From: Candidatus Binatia bacterium
Lineage (GTDB): Bacteria; Desulfobacterota; Binatia; HRBIN30; CADEER01
DNA: 64,000 nt
Assembly: GCA_050176585.1 (NCBI GenBank)
Contig: JBFXHX010000024.1
Location: forward strand, 191-64,190
Reading direction: 5' to 3'
Under the pieces are notes generated by a model. That model saw only the letters and a program-made list of their open reading frames with translations. It did no database searches and was not told where the DNA came from. Every line of letters begins with the position of its first letter. Position 1 is the stretch's first letter. A program made the translations under genes and the position numbers. Positions 29,349 through 38,956 of this stretch are shown here, piece after piece.

Positions 29349-30755
29349 ATGACCGACCTCAGCTATGCCACCGCCCTCGAATTGAAGGATGCGATCGCCA
29401 CGAAGAAGCTCTCGCCTGTAGAACTGGTCAAGGCGTCGCTGGCGCGCCTGGACGAGCTCGAACCCAAGCTGAACTGTTTCGTCACGGTCACGCCGGAGCT
29501 CGCACTCGAGGCGGCGCGGGCGGCGGAGAAGGCCGTCATGAGCGGCCGGCCGCTGGGTGCGCTGCACGGGCTGCCGATATCGGTGAAAGACGTGCTCCCG
29601 GTGCAGGGCGTGCGGCTCACCACCGGATCGAAAGCATTCGCCGACACGGTCGCGCAGATCGACGCGCCGGTCGTCGAGCGCCTGAAGGCGGCCGGCGCCT
29701 GCATCGTCGGCAAGACGACGACGCCCGAGTTCGGCGCCAAAGCAGTCGGCACGTCGCCGCTGACCGGGGCTACGCGCAACCCCTGGAACACGGCCATGGG
29801 CTCCGGCGGATCGTCGGCGGGCGCCGCGGCGAGCGTCGCCGCCGGCGTCACGCCATTCTCGGTCGGAACCGATGGAGGCGGATCGATCCGCATTCCCTGC
29901 TCCTTCACGCATCTCTTCGGCGTGAAACCGCAGTTCGCGCGGGTGGCGATGTACCCGGTGAGTGCCGCGACCACGCTCGCGCACTGCGGCCCGATCGCCC
30001 GCACCGTGCGGGACGCGGCGCTGCTGCTGACCACGCAGGCTGGCTTCGACCCACGCGATGCCTGGACGGTCGCAGAACCGGTACCGGACTACCTGCGCGC
30101 GTGCGAGCAATCGCCCAAGGGCATGCGGGTCGCGTGGAGCCCGACGTTCGGTTTTGCAAAGCCCGACCCCGAGGTCTTGAAGATCGCCGAGACCGCAGCG
30201 CTGGCATTCCGCGACCTCGGATGCGAAGTCGAGCTGGTCGAGAAGGTGTTCGACGAGGACCCGGTCGGCATGTGGTCGAGCGAGTTCTACGCGGGGATCG
30301 CCACCCGCTTGAAGCCGATCATGGACAAGTCCCCCGAGCTCATGGATCCCGCCGTAGTGCACATCCTCGAGGCGGCGACCCGGCAGACGCTCGCCGAGTA
30401 CTACGGCAACGTGTTCAAGCGCTACGAGTTTCGCGAAAAGACGCGCCAGTTCTTCGAGCGCTACGACCTGCTGTTGAGCCCCACGCTGCCGGTCGCGCCG
30501 TTCGACGCGCTGCGCGACATGCCGCAAGAGCTCGAAGGCACCGACCGCAACGTCGTGTCGTGGGTCTACTACACGTATGCGTTCAACCTGACCGGCCAGC
30601 CGGCGGCCTCCATCCCCGCGGGGTTCACGCGCGATAGGCTGCCGGTCGGGCTGCAGATGGTTTCTCGCCTTTACCGGGAGACCGACATCTTCCGCGCCGC
30701 CGCCGCTTTCGAGGCGCTTCGTCCATGGGCACAAGAGAAGCCCCCGATCGACTGA
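29349..30755 (+). CDS. Amidase (amidase-signature family, GatA-like)
   Basis: 468 aa. AS signature GGSSAGAAASVAAGVTPFSVGTDGGGSIRIPCSF. Ser-cisSer-Lys triad context. Confidence 0.9.
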   Translation: MTDLSYATALELKDAIATKKLSPVELVKASLARLDELEPKLNCFVTVTPELALEAARAAEKAVMSGRPLGALHGLPISVKDVLPVQGVRLTTGSKAFADTVAQIDAPVVERLKAAGACIVGKTTTPEFGAKAVGTSPLTGATRNPWNTAMGSGGSSAGAAASVAAGVTPFSVGTDGGGSIRIPCSFTHLFGVKPQFARVAMYPVSAATTLAHCGPIARTVRDAALLLTTQAGFDPRDAWTVAEPVPDYLRACEQSPKGMRVAWSPTFGFAKPDPEVLKIAETAALAFRDLGCEVELVEKVFDEDPVGMWSSEFYAGIATRLKPIMDKSPELMDPAVVHILEAATRQTLAEYYGNVFKRYEFREKTRQFFERYDLLLSPTLPVAPFDALRDMPQELEGTDRNVVSWVYYTYAFNLTGQPAASIPAGFTRDRLPVGLQMVSRLYRETDIFRAAAAFEALRPWAQEKPPID

Positions 30756-30938
30756 TCGAGAGGTACGCTCCAGGATGAGAGTCCCGCCGCAATGTCCCTG
30801 AAGCCGCGCGGCTGCGCAGCGCCCGAGCGCTGCGGATTCGGCGCTCTGTTCGGGCACCCGTCGCCCCGGATATCGATTCCGAAGCGGTGAATCCGCGCAG
30901 CGCTCCGGTGCGAGACGCACTATCGAAGGAGGGTTTCG

Positions 30939-32117
30939 ATGCAACGGAGCACAGCCGAACGGATCCTCACCACCCTCACCGGCAGCCTGCCACGGCCCGA
31001 AGACCTCGCGGCGATGCACGTCGCGCGCGCGGACGGACACCAGATAGACGAGGCGGCCTTCCAGGCGCGCATCCGCAGTGCCGTCGCGGATGCCGTCGCC
31101 CACCAAGTCGATTTGGGAATCGACGTGGTCTCCGACGGCGAGCTCTCGAAGAACGGCTACATCGACTACACGCGCGAGCGCATCGCCGGTTTCAGCGGGA
31201 AGATGAACGCCTCTGGGGCGTTCTACTTCACCGATCTCGAGCCGGTTCCCGAGCTCGTCGAGTGGGGGTACAAGGACATTCACATGGCCATCCCCACCTG
31301 TGATGGACCGCTGCGCTACATCGGCGAATCGCAAGTCCAGCGCGACATCGGCAATTTCAAGGCCGCTCTCCAGCGCCATCCGGCCACCGAGGCGTTCATC
31401 CCCGCTGCGTCACCTGGCGTCGTCGCCATGTGCTCACCGAACACCTACTACGGCTCTTACGACGAGTACTTGCTGGCGCTCGCCGCAGCGCTGAACGCCG
31501 AATACCGCGCCATTGCGGAAGCCGGGTTTGTGCTGCAGGTGGACGCTCCCGATCTTGCGCTCGGCGCCGACTTCCACACCTGGATGTGGCCGGAAATCGA
31601 GCGGCGCAGCTTCGAAACCATCTCGCAGCTTCACGTGGAGGCCATCAACGTCGCCCTGCAGGGCGTCCCACGCGAACGCGCGCGGATGCATCTGTGCTGG
31701 GCGAACTACTTCGGACCGCATCGCAAGGACTATCCGCTCCGCGAGGTGCTCAAAGCGGCTTTTCGGGCCAACGTGGGCGGCATCAGCTTCGAGGCCGCGA
31801 ACCCGGCGCACGCCCACGAGTGGGAGCTGTTCGAGGACACCGCGGTGCCGGAAGGCATGACGCTCATTCCCGGCGTGATCGACACCAAGACGCACGTCGT
31901 CGAGCATCCGCACGCCGTCGCTCACCGCGTGCGGCAGTGGTCGCAGGTCGTCGGCGCAGAGAACGTCATCGCCGGAACGGATTGCGGTTTCGGGACGTTC
32001 GTCGGTCTCGGCACGGTGCATCCGAAGGTCACTTGGTGGAAGCTCCAGGCGCTCGCCGAGGGCGCCGCCCTCGCCTCCAAACCGCATTCGTCCCGGCCGG
32101 GCGCGGCGCGTACATAA
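30939..32117 (+). CDS. MetE-C-terminal-domain-like Zn-dependent (methyl)transferase family protein (UROD/MetE-like fold)
   Basis: 392 aa. AAGGAGGG RBS. N-terminal TTLTGSLPRP. Putative Zn ligands in MHLCWANY (His-x-Cys), a Glu, and GTDCGFG (Cys), arranged as in MetE. Too short to be full MetE. Confidence 0.65.
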   Translation: MQRSTAERILTTLTGSLPRPEDLAAMHVARADGHQIDEAAFQARIRSAVADAVAHQVDLGIDVVSDGELSKNGYIDYTRERIAGFSGKMNASGAFYFTDLEPVPELVEWGYKDIHMAIPTCDGPLRYIGESQVQRDIGNFKAALQRHPATEAFIPAASPGVVAMCSPNTYYGSYDEYLLALAAALNAEYRAIAEAGFVLQVDAPDLALGADFHTWMWPEIERRSFETISQLHVEAINVALQGVPRERARMHLCWANYFGPHRKDYPLREVLKAAFRANVGGISFEAANPAHAHEWELFEDTAVPEGMTLIPGVIDTKTHVVEHPHAVAHRVRQWSQVVGAENVIAGTDCGFGTFVGLGTVHPKVTWWKLQALAEGAALASKPHSSRPGAART

Positions 32118-32298
32118 GCGGTAAACCCGGTGCCCGCACCGCCCACTCTGCACCGCCGCTGGTGCGCCCGGTGCGGCGCCGAGCATTGACGCGCCGGATG
32201 GTCTCGCCTAAACGAAGCGGCGCTCGTCGGGTCCCGCCGCCGCGGCGCGGGCTGGCGACGGAGACACGAACGACTCACGCACCAGTACGGGAGCTTTG

Positions 32299-33900
32299 AT
32301 GCGCATCGGCATCGACGTTGGCGGCACGAACACGGACGCAGTCTTGATGAACGGGCCGGACGTGCTCGCGGAAGTGAAGACCTCGACGACGGCGGACGTC
32401 ACCAGCGGCATTACGGCGGCCCTGAAAGGGCTGGCGGCGCGCAAAGCCCTCGCTCCCGATCAGATCCAGGCCGTGATGATCGGCACGACGCACTTCACCA
32501 ACGCGGTCGTGGAGTGCCGGCGTCTGATGGCGACCGCCGCACTCCGCCTCGGGCTCCCGGCGACGCGCGCGCTGCGGCCGATGGCGGGCTGGCCCGAGCC
32601 GCTGCGCCGGGCGATCGGCGATCACGCGTACCTCTGTCACGGCGGTCACGAGTTCGACGGGCGCGCGATCTCGCCGCTCGACGTCGGCGAGCTCCGCCGC
32701 GTGGCGGAGGACATCAGGGCCAAGGGCATCCGCTCGGTCGCGATCACCGCGGTGTTCTCGCCGGTGAACGGCGATCTCGAACGCCAAGCCGCGGACGTGC
32801 TTCAGCGCGAAATTCCGGGGTTGGCGGTCAGCCTTTCGCACGAGATCGGCCGGATCGGTCTGCTGGAACGCGAGAGCGCCACGATCATGAATGCCTGCCT
32901 GCGCGATCTCGCCGTCCACATCACCGGCGCGTTTCGCGCCGCGCTGGACGCCTTCGGCATCGACGCGCCAGTCTATCTCAGCCAGAACGACGGCACGCTC
33001 ATGAGCGTAGAGTACGCGGAGACGTACCCGGTCGCGACGTTCGCCTCCGGGCCGACCAACTCGATGCGCGGCGCGGCGTTTCTGTCCGGGCTGACTGACT
33101 GCGTAGTGGTCGACATCGGCGGCACGACCTCCGACGTGGGACTCCTCCAGCGCGGCTTTCCGCGCGAGGCGTCGCTCGCGGCGGAGATCGGCGGCGTGCG
33201 CACCAACTTTCGCATGCCAGCGGTCTTCTCACTCGGGATCGGCGGCGGCAGCCATGTGTCTCCGGACGGCTCGTCCGTCGGACCGACCAGCGTCGGCTAC
33301 GAGCTCACCACGAAGGCGCTGGTGTTCGGCGGCGACACCTTGACGACCACGGACATCGCCGTCGCGGCCGGATTGGCAGACATCGGCGACCGCGCGCGGG
33401 TGGCGCATCTCCCCGCCGACCTCATCGCGCGCGTGATCGAGAAGATCGAGGTCGCCATCGCGCAGACCGTCGACCGCATGAAGACCAGCAAGGATCCGAT
33501 CCCGGTGGTCGTGGTCGGCGGCGGGAGCATCCTGGTGCAGGACCGCCTCGGAGCGGAGCGCCGGATCGTGAAGCCCAATCACTACGCCGTCGCGAACGCG
33601 ATCGGCGCCGCGATTGCGCAGGTGGGCGGCGAAGTCGACCGCATCTTCTCGCTCGCCGCGATGTCGCGCGAAGACGCGCTGGCCGAGGCAAAGGCCGAAG
33701 CCACGGAGAAGGCCATCGCCGCGGGCGCGAGCCCGGCGAGCATGAGCATCGTCGACATCGAGGAGGTGCCGCTCGCGTACCTGCCCGGGAATGCCGCGCG
33801 CATCCGGGTCAAAGCGGTGGGCGACCTCACCTTCGAAGCGCGCGAGACACCGACGCGCGGTGGCGGTGCGCCGATCGCGGCACAAGGCGGGAGGGGCTGA
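32299..33900 (+). CDS. Hydantoinase/oxoprolinase (HyuA)-N-terminal-family ATPase-like protein
   Basis: 533 aa. MRIGIDVGGTNTDAVL is the hallmark N-terminus of the hydantoinase A/oxoprolinase family (ASKHA-type fold). GGGS motifs present. ATG at 32299 (GGGAG RBS); the ORF track starts at a TTG at 32296. Confidence 0.75.
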   Translation: MRIGIDVGGTNTDAVLMNGPDVLAEVKTSTTADVTSGITAALKGLAARKALAPDQIQAVMIGTTHFTNAVVECRRLMATAALRLGLPATRALRPMAGWPEPLRRAIGDHAYLCHGGHEFDGRAISPLDVGELRRVAEDIRAKGIRSVAITAVFSPVNGDLERQAADVLQREIPGLAVSLSHEIGRIGLLERESATIMNACLRDLAVHITGAFRAALDAFGIDAPVYLSQNDGTLMSVEYAETYPVATFASGPTNSMRGAAFLSGLTDCVVVDIGGTTSDVGLLQRGFPREASLAAEIGGVRTNFRMPAVFSLGIGGGSHVSPDGSSVGPTSVGYELTTKALVFGGDTLTTTDIAVAAGLADIGDRARVAHLPADLIARVIEKIEVAIAQTVDRMKTSKDPIPVVVVGGGSILVQDRLGAERRIVKPNHYAVANAIGAAIAQVGGEVDRIFSLAAMSREDALAEAKAEATEKAIAAGASPASMSIVDIEEVPLAYLPGNAARIRVKAVGDLTFEARETPTRGGGAPIAAQGGRG

Positions 33901-33902
33901 CG

Positions 33903-34991
33903 ATGGGCCGCGATCTGACGGTGGAAGACTTGGAGGACTTGGCGCGCGGCGCGGCATTCCTGGGCACCGGCGGCGGTGGCGATCCCTACATCGGGCGGCT
34001 CATCGTGCAGGAGGCCATGCGCGAGGGCGGGCGCGTCCGGCTGATCGGACTCGACGAAGTCCCCGACGACGCGCTGGTCATCCCGACCGCCATGATGGGC
34101 GCGCCGACCGTGCTCGTTGAAAAGATCCCCGCCGGAACGGAGATCATCGGTTCGCTGCAGACGCTCGAAACGCACCTCGGACGCAAAGCGTACGCGACGA
34201 TGCCGATCGAGTGCGGCGGGATCAATTCCATGATGCCGCTGCTGGTGGGCGCACGGCTGGGCATTCCGGTGGTCGACGCGGACGGCATGGGCCGCGCCTT
34301 CCCCGAGCTGCAGATGGAGACGTTTCACATCTACGGCGTCTCCGGCACGCCCATGGTGATCACCAACGACCACGGCGATTCCACCCTCATCACCGCGCAC
34401 GACAACAGGATGATGGAGCATCTCGCGCGCGGCATCACCGTCCGGATGGGCGGCTGCGCGTACATCGCCGAATACTCCATGGACGGCGCGACGGTGAAGC
34501 GGGTCTCGATCCCCGGTACGACCACCCTCGGGATCGCGATCGGACGCTGTCTGCGCGTGGCGCGCGAGCAGCACGAGGATCCGTTTGCCGCGCTGATCGA
34601 GATGTTGCGGACCACCCCGTACAAGTACGCGCGCATCATCTTCGAGGGGAAAGTCGCGGATGTGATGCGGGAGACCACCGAAGGCTTCGTGCGCGGCTTT
34701 GCGAAGCTGGAAGCGGCGGACGGCACGCCGCTGGAGATCCTCTTCCAAAACGAACACCTGATCGCCCGCTCGGACGGCCAGGTGAAAGCGATCGTTCCCG
34801 ATCTCATTTGCGTTCTCGAAGCCGATACCGCGGAGCCGATCACCACCGAGGGCATCCGCTACGGCCAGCGCGTGAAGATCATGGCCGTATCGACGCCGGC
34901 GATCATGCGCACCCCCGAGGCGCTCAACGTCTTCGGCCCGCGCGGCTTCGGGCTCGATTACGATTTCCAACCGATCGAGGAGCTGAGCTAG
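33903..34991 (+). CDS. DUF917-family protein (hydantoinase-associated, unknown function)
   Basis: 362 aa. Starts 2 nt after the HyuA-like stop, with GGGAGGGG RBS. N-terminal GTGGGGDPYIG. From memory, DUF917 genes are typically found next to hydantoinase-like genes. Confidence 0.6.
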   Translation: MGRDLTVEDLEDLARGAAFLGTGGGGDPYIGRLIVQEAMREGGRVRLIGLDEVPDDALVIPTAMMGAPTVLVEKIPAGTEIIGSLQTLETHLGRKAYATMPIECGGINSMMPLLVGARLGIPVVDADGMGRAFPELQMETFHIYGVSGTPMVITNDHGDSTLITAHDNRMMEHLARGITVRMGGCAYIAEYSMDGATVKRVSIPGTTTLGIAIGRCLRVAREQHEDPFAALIEMLRTTPYKYARIIFEGKVADVMRETTEGFVRGFAKLEAADGTPLEILFQNEHLIARSDGQVKAIVPDLICVLEADTAEPITTEGIRYGQRVKIMAVSTPAIMRTPEALNVFGPRGFGLDYDFQPIEELS

Positions 34992-35036
34992 CCGTCTCCG
35001 CCGCGGCGGCGACGAGCGAATCGGGAGCAAGCCACA

Positions 35037-35353
35037 TGGCACAACGCGTGTTCTTCCTCACTCGGCTCCGCCCGGGCATCCGTCCAGAGGACTACGAAGG
35101 GTGGCTCCGCACCGTCGATTATCCCTTCTCCGCACGGCTCCGCACGCTTCGGCGGTACGACGTGACCAGGATCGGCGGCTTGTTTCAGGGCCAGGGAAGC
35201 GCCGAGTGGCATTACCTCGAAGTAATGGACGTCACCGATCTGGAGGCCTATCGCCAGGAGGTCACGACGGGGCCCGACATCGAGGCGTTCTTCAAAGCGT
35301 GGTCGAGCTTCATCGGCGAGTCGATGGCGTACCACGGCGAGGTCATCGAATGA
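35037..35353 (+). CDS. Small (105 aa) protein, possibly dimeric alpha/beta-barrel (EthD-like), hypothetical
   Basis: ATG at 35037 with GGGAG upstream. High GC3. The ORF-track frame 34211..35353 is mostly an overlap artefact. Confidence 0.4.
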
Positions 35354-35393
35354 CCGTCGCGACGGGCGCGCCGGTTATGCAGGGGCAGTGACA

Positions 35394-36395
35394 ATGACGA
35401 GCGGAACTAGACGACACCCGGTCGGCCTCGTACTCGGCAGCGACACGGCGCCGGAGAAGTTGCCCGCCATGGCGCGCGCCGCCGAGGAGCTCGGGTACAG
35501 CGAGCTGTGGTTCGCGGAGGACTGTTTCTTCATCGGTGGCATCTCCGGCGCGACGGCGACCCTGGCGGCGACCACGGACATCCCGATCGGGCTCGGCATC
35601 CTATCCGCCGTCGTCCGCCATCCGGCGATTCTGGCCATGGAGCTCGCGACGCTCGCGCGCATGTACCCCGGACGGCTCATGCCGGGCATCGGCGTCGGCG
35701 TACCCGACTGGATGCGGCAGATCGGCCGCTTCCCGAAGTCCGCGTTGGCCGCCTTGCGGGAATGCGTAACCACCACGCGCCAGCTCCTCGCGGGAGAGGA
35801 GCTCACCCTGAAGGGCGACCTGTTCAGCTTCGATCACGTGCGGTTAACGCACGTCCCGGATCGGCCGTTGCCCATCTACATGGGCGTCGTCGGGCCGAAG
35901 AACCTGCAGCTCTCCGGCGAGATCGCCGACGGGACGGTGATCTCGGTGCTCGCGGGACCCGACTACGTGCGCTGGCTGCGAGAGCGGGTCCGCGAGGGCG
36001 CGGCACGGAGCGGCCGCTCGGCGGAGAAGCACCGCGTCGCTTGTTACGTTCTCTGTTCAGTGGACGCCGATCGCCAACGGGCGCGCGACGACGTGCGCCC
36101 GATCGTCGCCTTCTATCTGGCCGCCATGGGCCGCTGCGCGCTGACCGATGTACCCGCATATTCCGACCACCTCGAGAAACTGATCGCCAAAGGCGGTCTC
36201 CAAACGGTCACCGAGGAGATGCCGGACGAGTGGCTAGACGAGCTCGCCGTCGCCGGGACGCCGGCGGAGTGCGCGGAGAAGATCCGGCGCTATTTGCAGG
36301 CCGGCGCGGATTCGGTGGTGATCTGGCCCGCTCCCGCCGCGCGCACCGAGGCGATCGTGAACAGCGTCGCGCGCGACGTGTTTCCACGGCTGTGA
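35394..36395 (+). CDS. LLM-class (luciferase-like) flavin/F420-type oxidoreductase, paralog 1
   Basis: TIM-barrel LLM motifs: GYSELWFAEDCFF, GLGILSAVVRHPAILAMELATLARMYPGRL, IYMGVVGPK. Start is ATG 35394 or GTG 35388. Confidence 0.8.
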   Translation: MTSGTRRHPVGLVLGSDTAPEKLPAMARAAEELGYSELWFAEDCFFIGGISGATATLAATTDIPIGLGILSAVVRHPAILAMELATLARMYPGRLMPGIGVGVPDWMRQIGRFPKSALAALRECVTTTRQLLAGEELTLKGDLFSFDHVRLTHVPDRPLPIYMGVVGPKNLQLSGEIADGTVISVLAGPDYVRWLRERVREGAARSGRSAEKHRVACYVLCSVDADRQRARDDVRPIVAFYLAAMGRCALTDVPAYSDHLEKLIAKGGLQTVTEEMPDEWLDELAVAGTPAECAEKIRRYLQAGADSVVIWPAPAARTEAIVNSVARDVFPRL

Positions 36396-36498
36396 TCGGT
36401 CCGGCCATGCATCGGCGCGGCGCGGCCGCAGTGAGCGTCCGGGGTCCGGCGGCAGCGTGCACGGCTCGGACCGAGACGAATAGAAAGGCAGGTGTGAA

Positions 36499-37497
36499 GT
36501 GAGTGCGACGAATCGGCCGCCCGTCGGCCTGGTGCTTGGCAACGCGAGCCCGCCAGAGACGCTCGCCGAGACGGCGCGCGTCGCCGAGGACTTCGGCTAT
36601 AGTGAATTGTGGTTCGCCGAAGACTGTTTTTTCACCGGAGGCATCTCGGGGGCGACCGCCGCGCTGGCCGCGACCAAGGACATCCCGGTGGGTCTCGGCA
36701 TCGTCTCCGCCCTGGTCCGCCATCCGGCAATCCTCGCCATGGAGATCGCCACGCTGGCGCGCATGTACCCGGGGCGGCTGCTGCCGGGCGTCGGGCTCGG
36801 CGTGCCGGACTGGATGCGGCAGATCGGCCTGCTGCCGAAATCGCCGCTAACCGCGCTGCGCGAATGCATGTCCTCGACCACCCGCCTGCTCGCGGGTGAA
36901 GAGGTCACGATGAAGGGGCAGCTCTTCAGCTTCGACCGCGTCAAGCTCACGCACGTCCCGCATCGACCGGTGCCGATGTACATGGGCGTGGTCGGACCGA
37001 AGATGCTCCAGCTCTCCGGCGAGCTCGCCGACGGCACCGTCGTGTCCGTGGTCGCGTCGCCCGGTTACGTCAGCTGGCTGCGCGAACGCGTGCGCGAGGG
37101 AGCGGCCCGCAGCGGACGTTCGGCGGCGGCGCACCGCGTCGCGGCGTACGTGCTCTGCTCGGTCGATTCGGATCGCAAGCGCGCAAAAGAGGCGCTGCGC
37201 CCGTTCATCGCCTTCTATCTGGCTGCGGTCGGCCGTTGCGCGCTGACCGAGGTGCCCGGTTGCGCCGATCAGCTGGAGAAGCTGATCGCCAAGGGCGGCG
37301 CGGAGGCCGTGACCCGAGAGATGCCGGACGAGTGGGTCGACGAGCTCGCGATCGCGGGGGATCCGACCGAGTGCGCCGAAAAGATCAAGCACTATCTGGC
37401 CGCCGGCGCAGATTCCGTGGTCATCTTCCCGACGCCCACCGAGCGGGCCGAGGAGATCGTCAAGACCGTCGCCCGCGACGTGTTCCCGCGTCTGTGA
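36499..37497 (+). CDS. LLM-class flavin/F420-type oxidoreductase, paralog 2 (tandem duplicate of 35394..36395)
   Basis: Roughly 75% amino-acid identity to the upstream gene over its full length (same blocks GYSELWFAEDCFF, VRHPAILAME, YMGVVGPK, GRCALT, EKLIAKGG). GTG start. Confidence 0.8.
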   Translation: MSATNRPPVGLVLGNASPPETLAETARVAEDFGYSELWFAEDCFFTGGISGATAALAATKDIPVGLGIVSALVRHPAILAMEIATLARMYPGRLLPGVGLGVPDWMRQIGLLPKSPLTALRECMSSTTRLLAGEEVTMKGQLFSFDRVKLTHVPHRPVPMYMGVVGPKMLQLSGELADGTVVSVVASPGYVSWLRERVREGAARSGRSAAAHRVAAYVLCSVDSDRKRAKEALRPFIAFYLAAVGRCALTEVPGCADQLEKLIAKGGAEAVTREMPDEWVDELAIAGDPTECAEKIKHYLAAGADSVVIFPTPTERAEEIVKTVARDVFPRL

Positions 37498-37540
37498 GAT
37501 CCCAGCCCGGGGCGAACGGGAGAGTGGCCGGTTCCAGTCG

Positions 37541-38878
37541 CTAGAGGCCGGCGGTCACGCGCAACGCTTGGGCGCGCGCTTGGGCGCGCCGCAGCAGCGC
37601 GGGCTCGTCAATCGTCAGCAGCTTGCGGCCCCGGACCACCACCCGTCCGCCGACGATCACCGTATCCACATCGCCGGCGCGCGCGGAATAGACCAGGGTC
37701 GCGAGCGGATCGTGAATGGGTCGCAGATGGCTGGCCGCGGTGTCCACCAGCACGACGTCCGCCAACCGCCCCTTCTGCAGCGCTCCCACCTGGTCGCCGA
37801 GGCCGCACGCCTGCGCGCCGCCGGCGGTCGCCATCGCGAACACGTCGGCCGCGGTGAGCGCCTGCGCGTCGCGGGTGGTCACTTTGTGCAGCAGCGCCGC
37901 GTCCTTCATGACCTCGAACATATCCTGCGTGTTGTTGCAGGCCGGACCGTCGCACGCGAGGCCGATGACGATCCCAGCGCGGCGCATCTTCAGGATGGGC
38001 GCCGTTCCCGAGGCCAGGATCATGTTGGAGGTCGGATCGTGGATCACCGGCGAGCCGTGGCCGGCGATTAGCTCGATCTCGTCGTCGGTCAGGTGAATGC
38101 AGTGGTTCAACATGACGCGCTCGCCGAGTGCGCCCATCGCCGCTAAATGCGGCACATTGCGACGCCCCGTGCGCGCCTGCACGAGATCGTTGTATTCGGG
38201 CGTCTCGGCCGTGTGCAGATGGACGGCGAGGTTGCGGTCGCGCGCAAGCGCGACCGTGTCGGCCCAGTACTCCTCGGTCGCCGTCCACGGAACCAGCGGG
38301 CCGATGCCAATGCGGAGCCGCTCGTGCCCCGACCAGGCATCCACGAGCTTGCGGGTGCGCGAGGCGATCTCAGCCGTTGATTCGACGAAACCGGGCGCGA
38401 ACTCCTCATCGTTGGAACAGCGGAAGAAGACGCCGCGAATGCCGGCCTCGGCAATGGCATTGGCGGCCAGCGCATCCGCGCCTTCGCCATAGCGGGTGGA
38501 GAAAAACACTTCGCAGACGGTGGTGTTCCCGGCGCGCAGATTCTCCACCGCCCCGAGCGTGGCCGCGAGCGCGTAGTCCTCCGGCAGCATCTGCGCCATG
38601 AACGGCAGCTGCGCCTGGCTGAGCCATTGCAGCAGCGTGCGATCGGTGCCGAGCGAACGGCCGAGCGTCATGCAGAGATGCGTGTGCGCGTTGACGAATC
38701 CGGGGATGACGAGCTTGTCGCGCGCGTCGATGCGCTCAACGCCGGGCAGGCTGGGTGCGGAGCCCCGACCGACCGCCGCAATCCGGTCGCCGTCGGTGAT
38801 CACGTGTCCGGGGTCGAGCAACGGCTGCGCCGCATCCCCGGTCAGTACGGTACCGCCCTCGATCGAGAGTTGAGCCAT
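37541..38878 (-). CDS. TRZ/ATZ-family amidohydrolase (cytosine/guanine-deaminase-like, SsnA-like)
   Basis: 445 aa. GGGGAGGG RBS. Metal-binding FVNAHTHLCMT, HLHTAETPEY, HCIHL and the downstream Asp region. Confidence 0.85.
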   Translation of the reverse strand: MAQLSIEGGTVLTGDAAQPLLDPGHVITDGDRIAAVGRGSAPSLPGVERIDARDKLVIPGFVNAHTHLCMTLGRSLGTDRTLLQWLSQAQLPFMAQMLPEDYALAATLGAVENLRAGNTTVCEVFFSTRYGEGADALAANAIAEAGIRGVFFRCSNDEEFAPGFVESTAEIASRTRKLVDAWSGHERLRIGIGPLVPWTATEEYWADTVALARDRNLAVHLHTAETPEYNDLVQARTGRRNVPHLAAMGALGERVMLNHCIHLTDDEIELIAGHGSPVIHDPTSNMILASGTAPILKMRRAGIVIGLACDGPACNNTQDMFEVMKDAALLHKVTTRDAQALTAADVFAMATAGGAQACGLGDQVGALQKGRLADVVLVDTAASHLRPIHDPLATLVYSARAGDVDTVIVGGRVVVRGRKLLTIDEPALLRRAQARAQALRVTAGL

Positions 38879-38956
38879 GCTACCCCTCCCCGGCCGTGCT
38901 GCAGGAGCGCGGCGACACCTCGCGCATACGTACCGTCTACGTCGTCGGCGCCGAGC

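Noticed and set aside
30756-30938. Possible cobalamin or SAM riboswitch upstream of the MetE-like gene
   Set aside because: No B12-box (GCCACTG) or SAM-riboswitch consensus elements could be found by eye; only generic GC palindromes.
29316-31379. 687-aa minus-strand ORF antisense to the amidase and MetE-like genes
   Set aside because: Same reasoning; Arg/Gly/Ala-rich nonsense translation.
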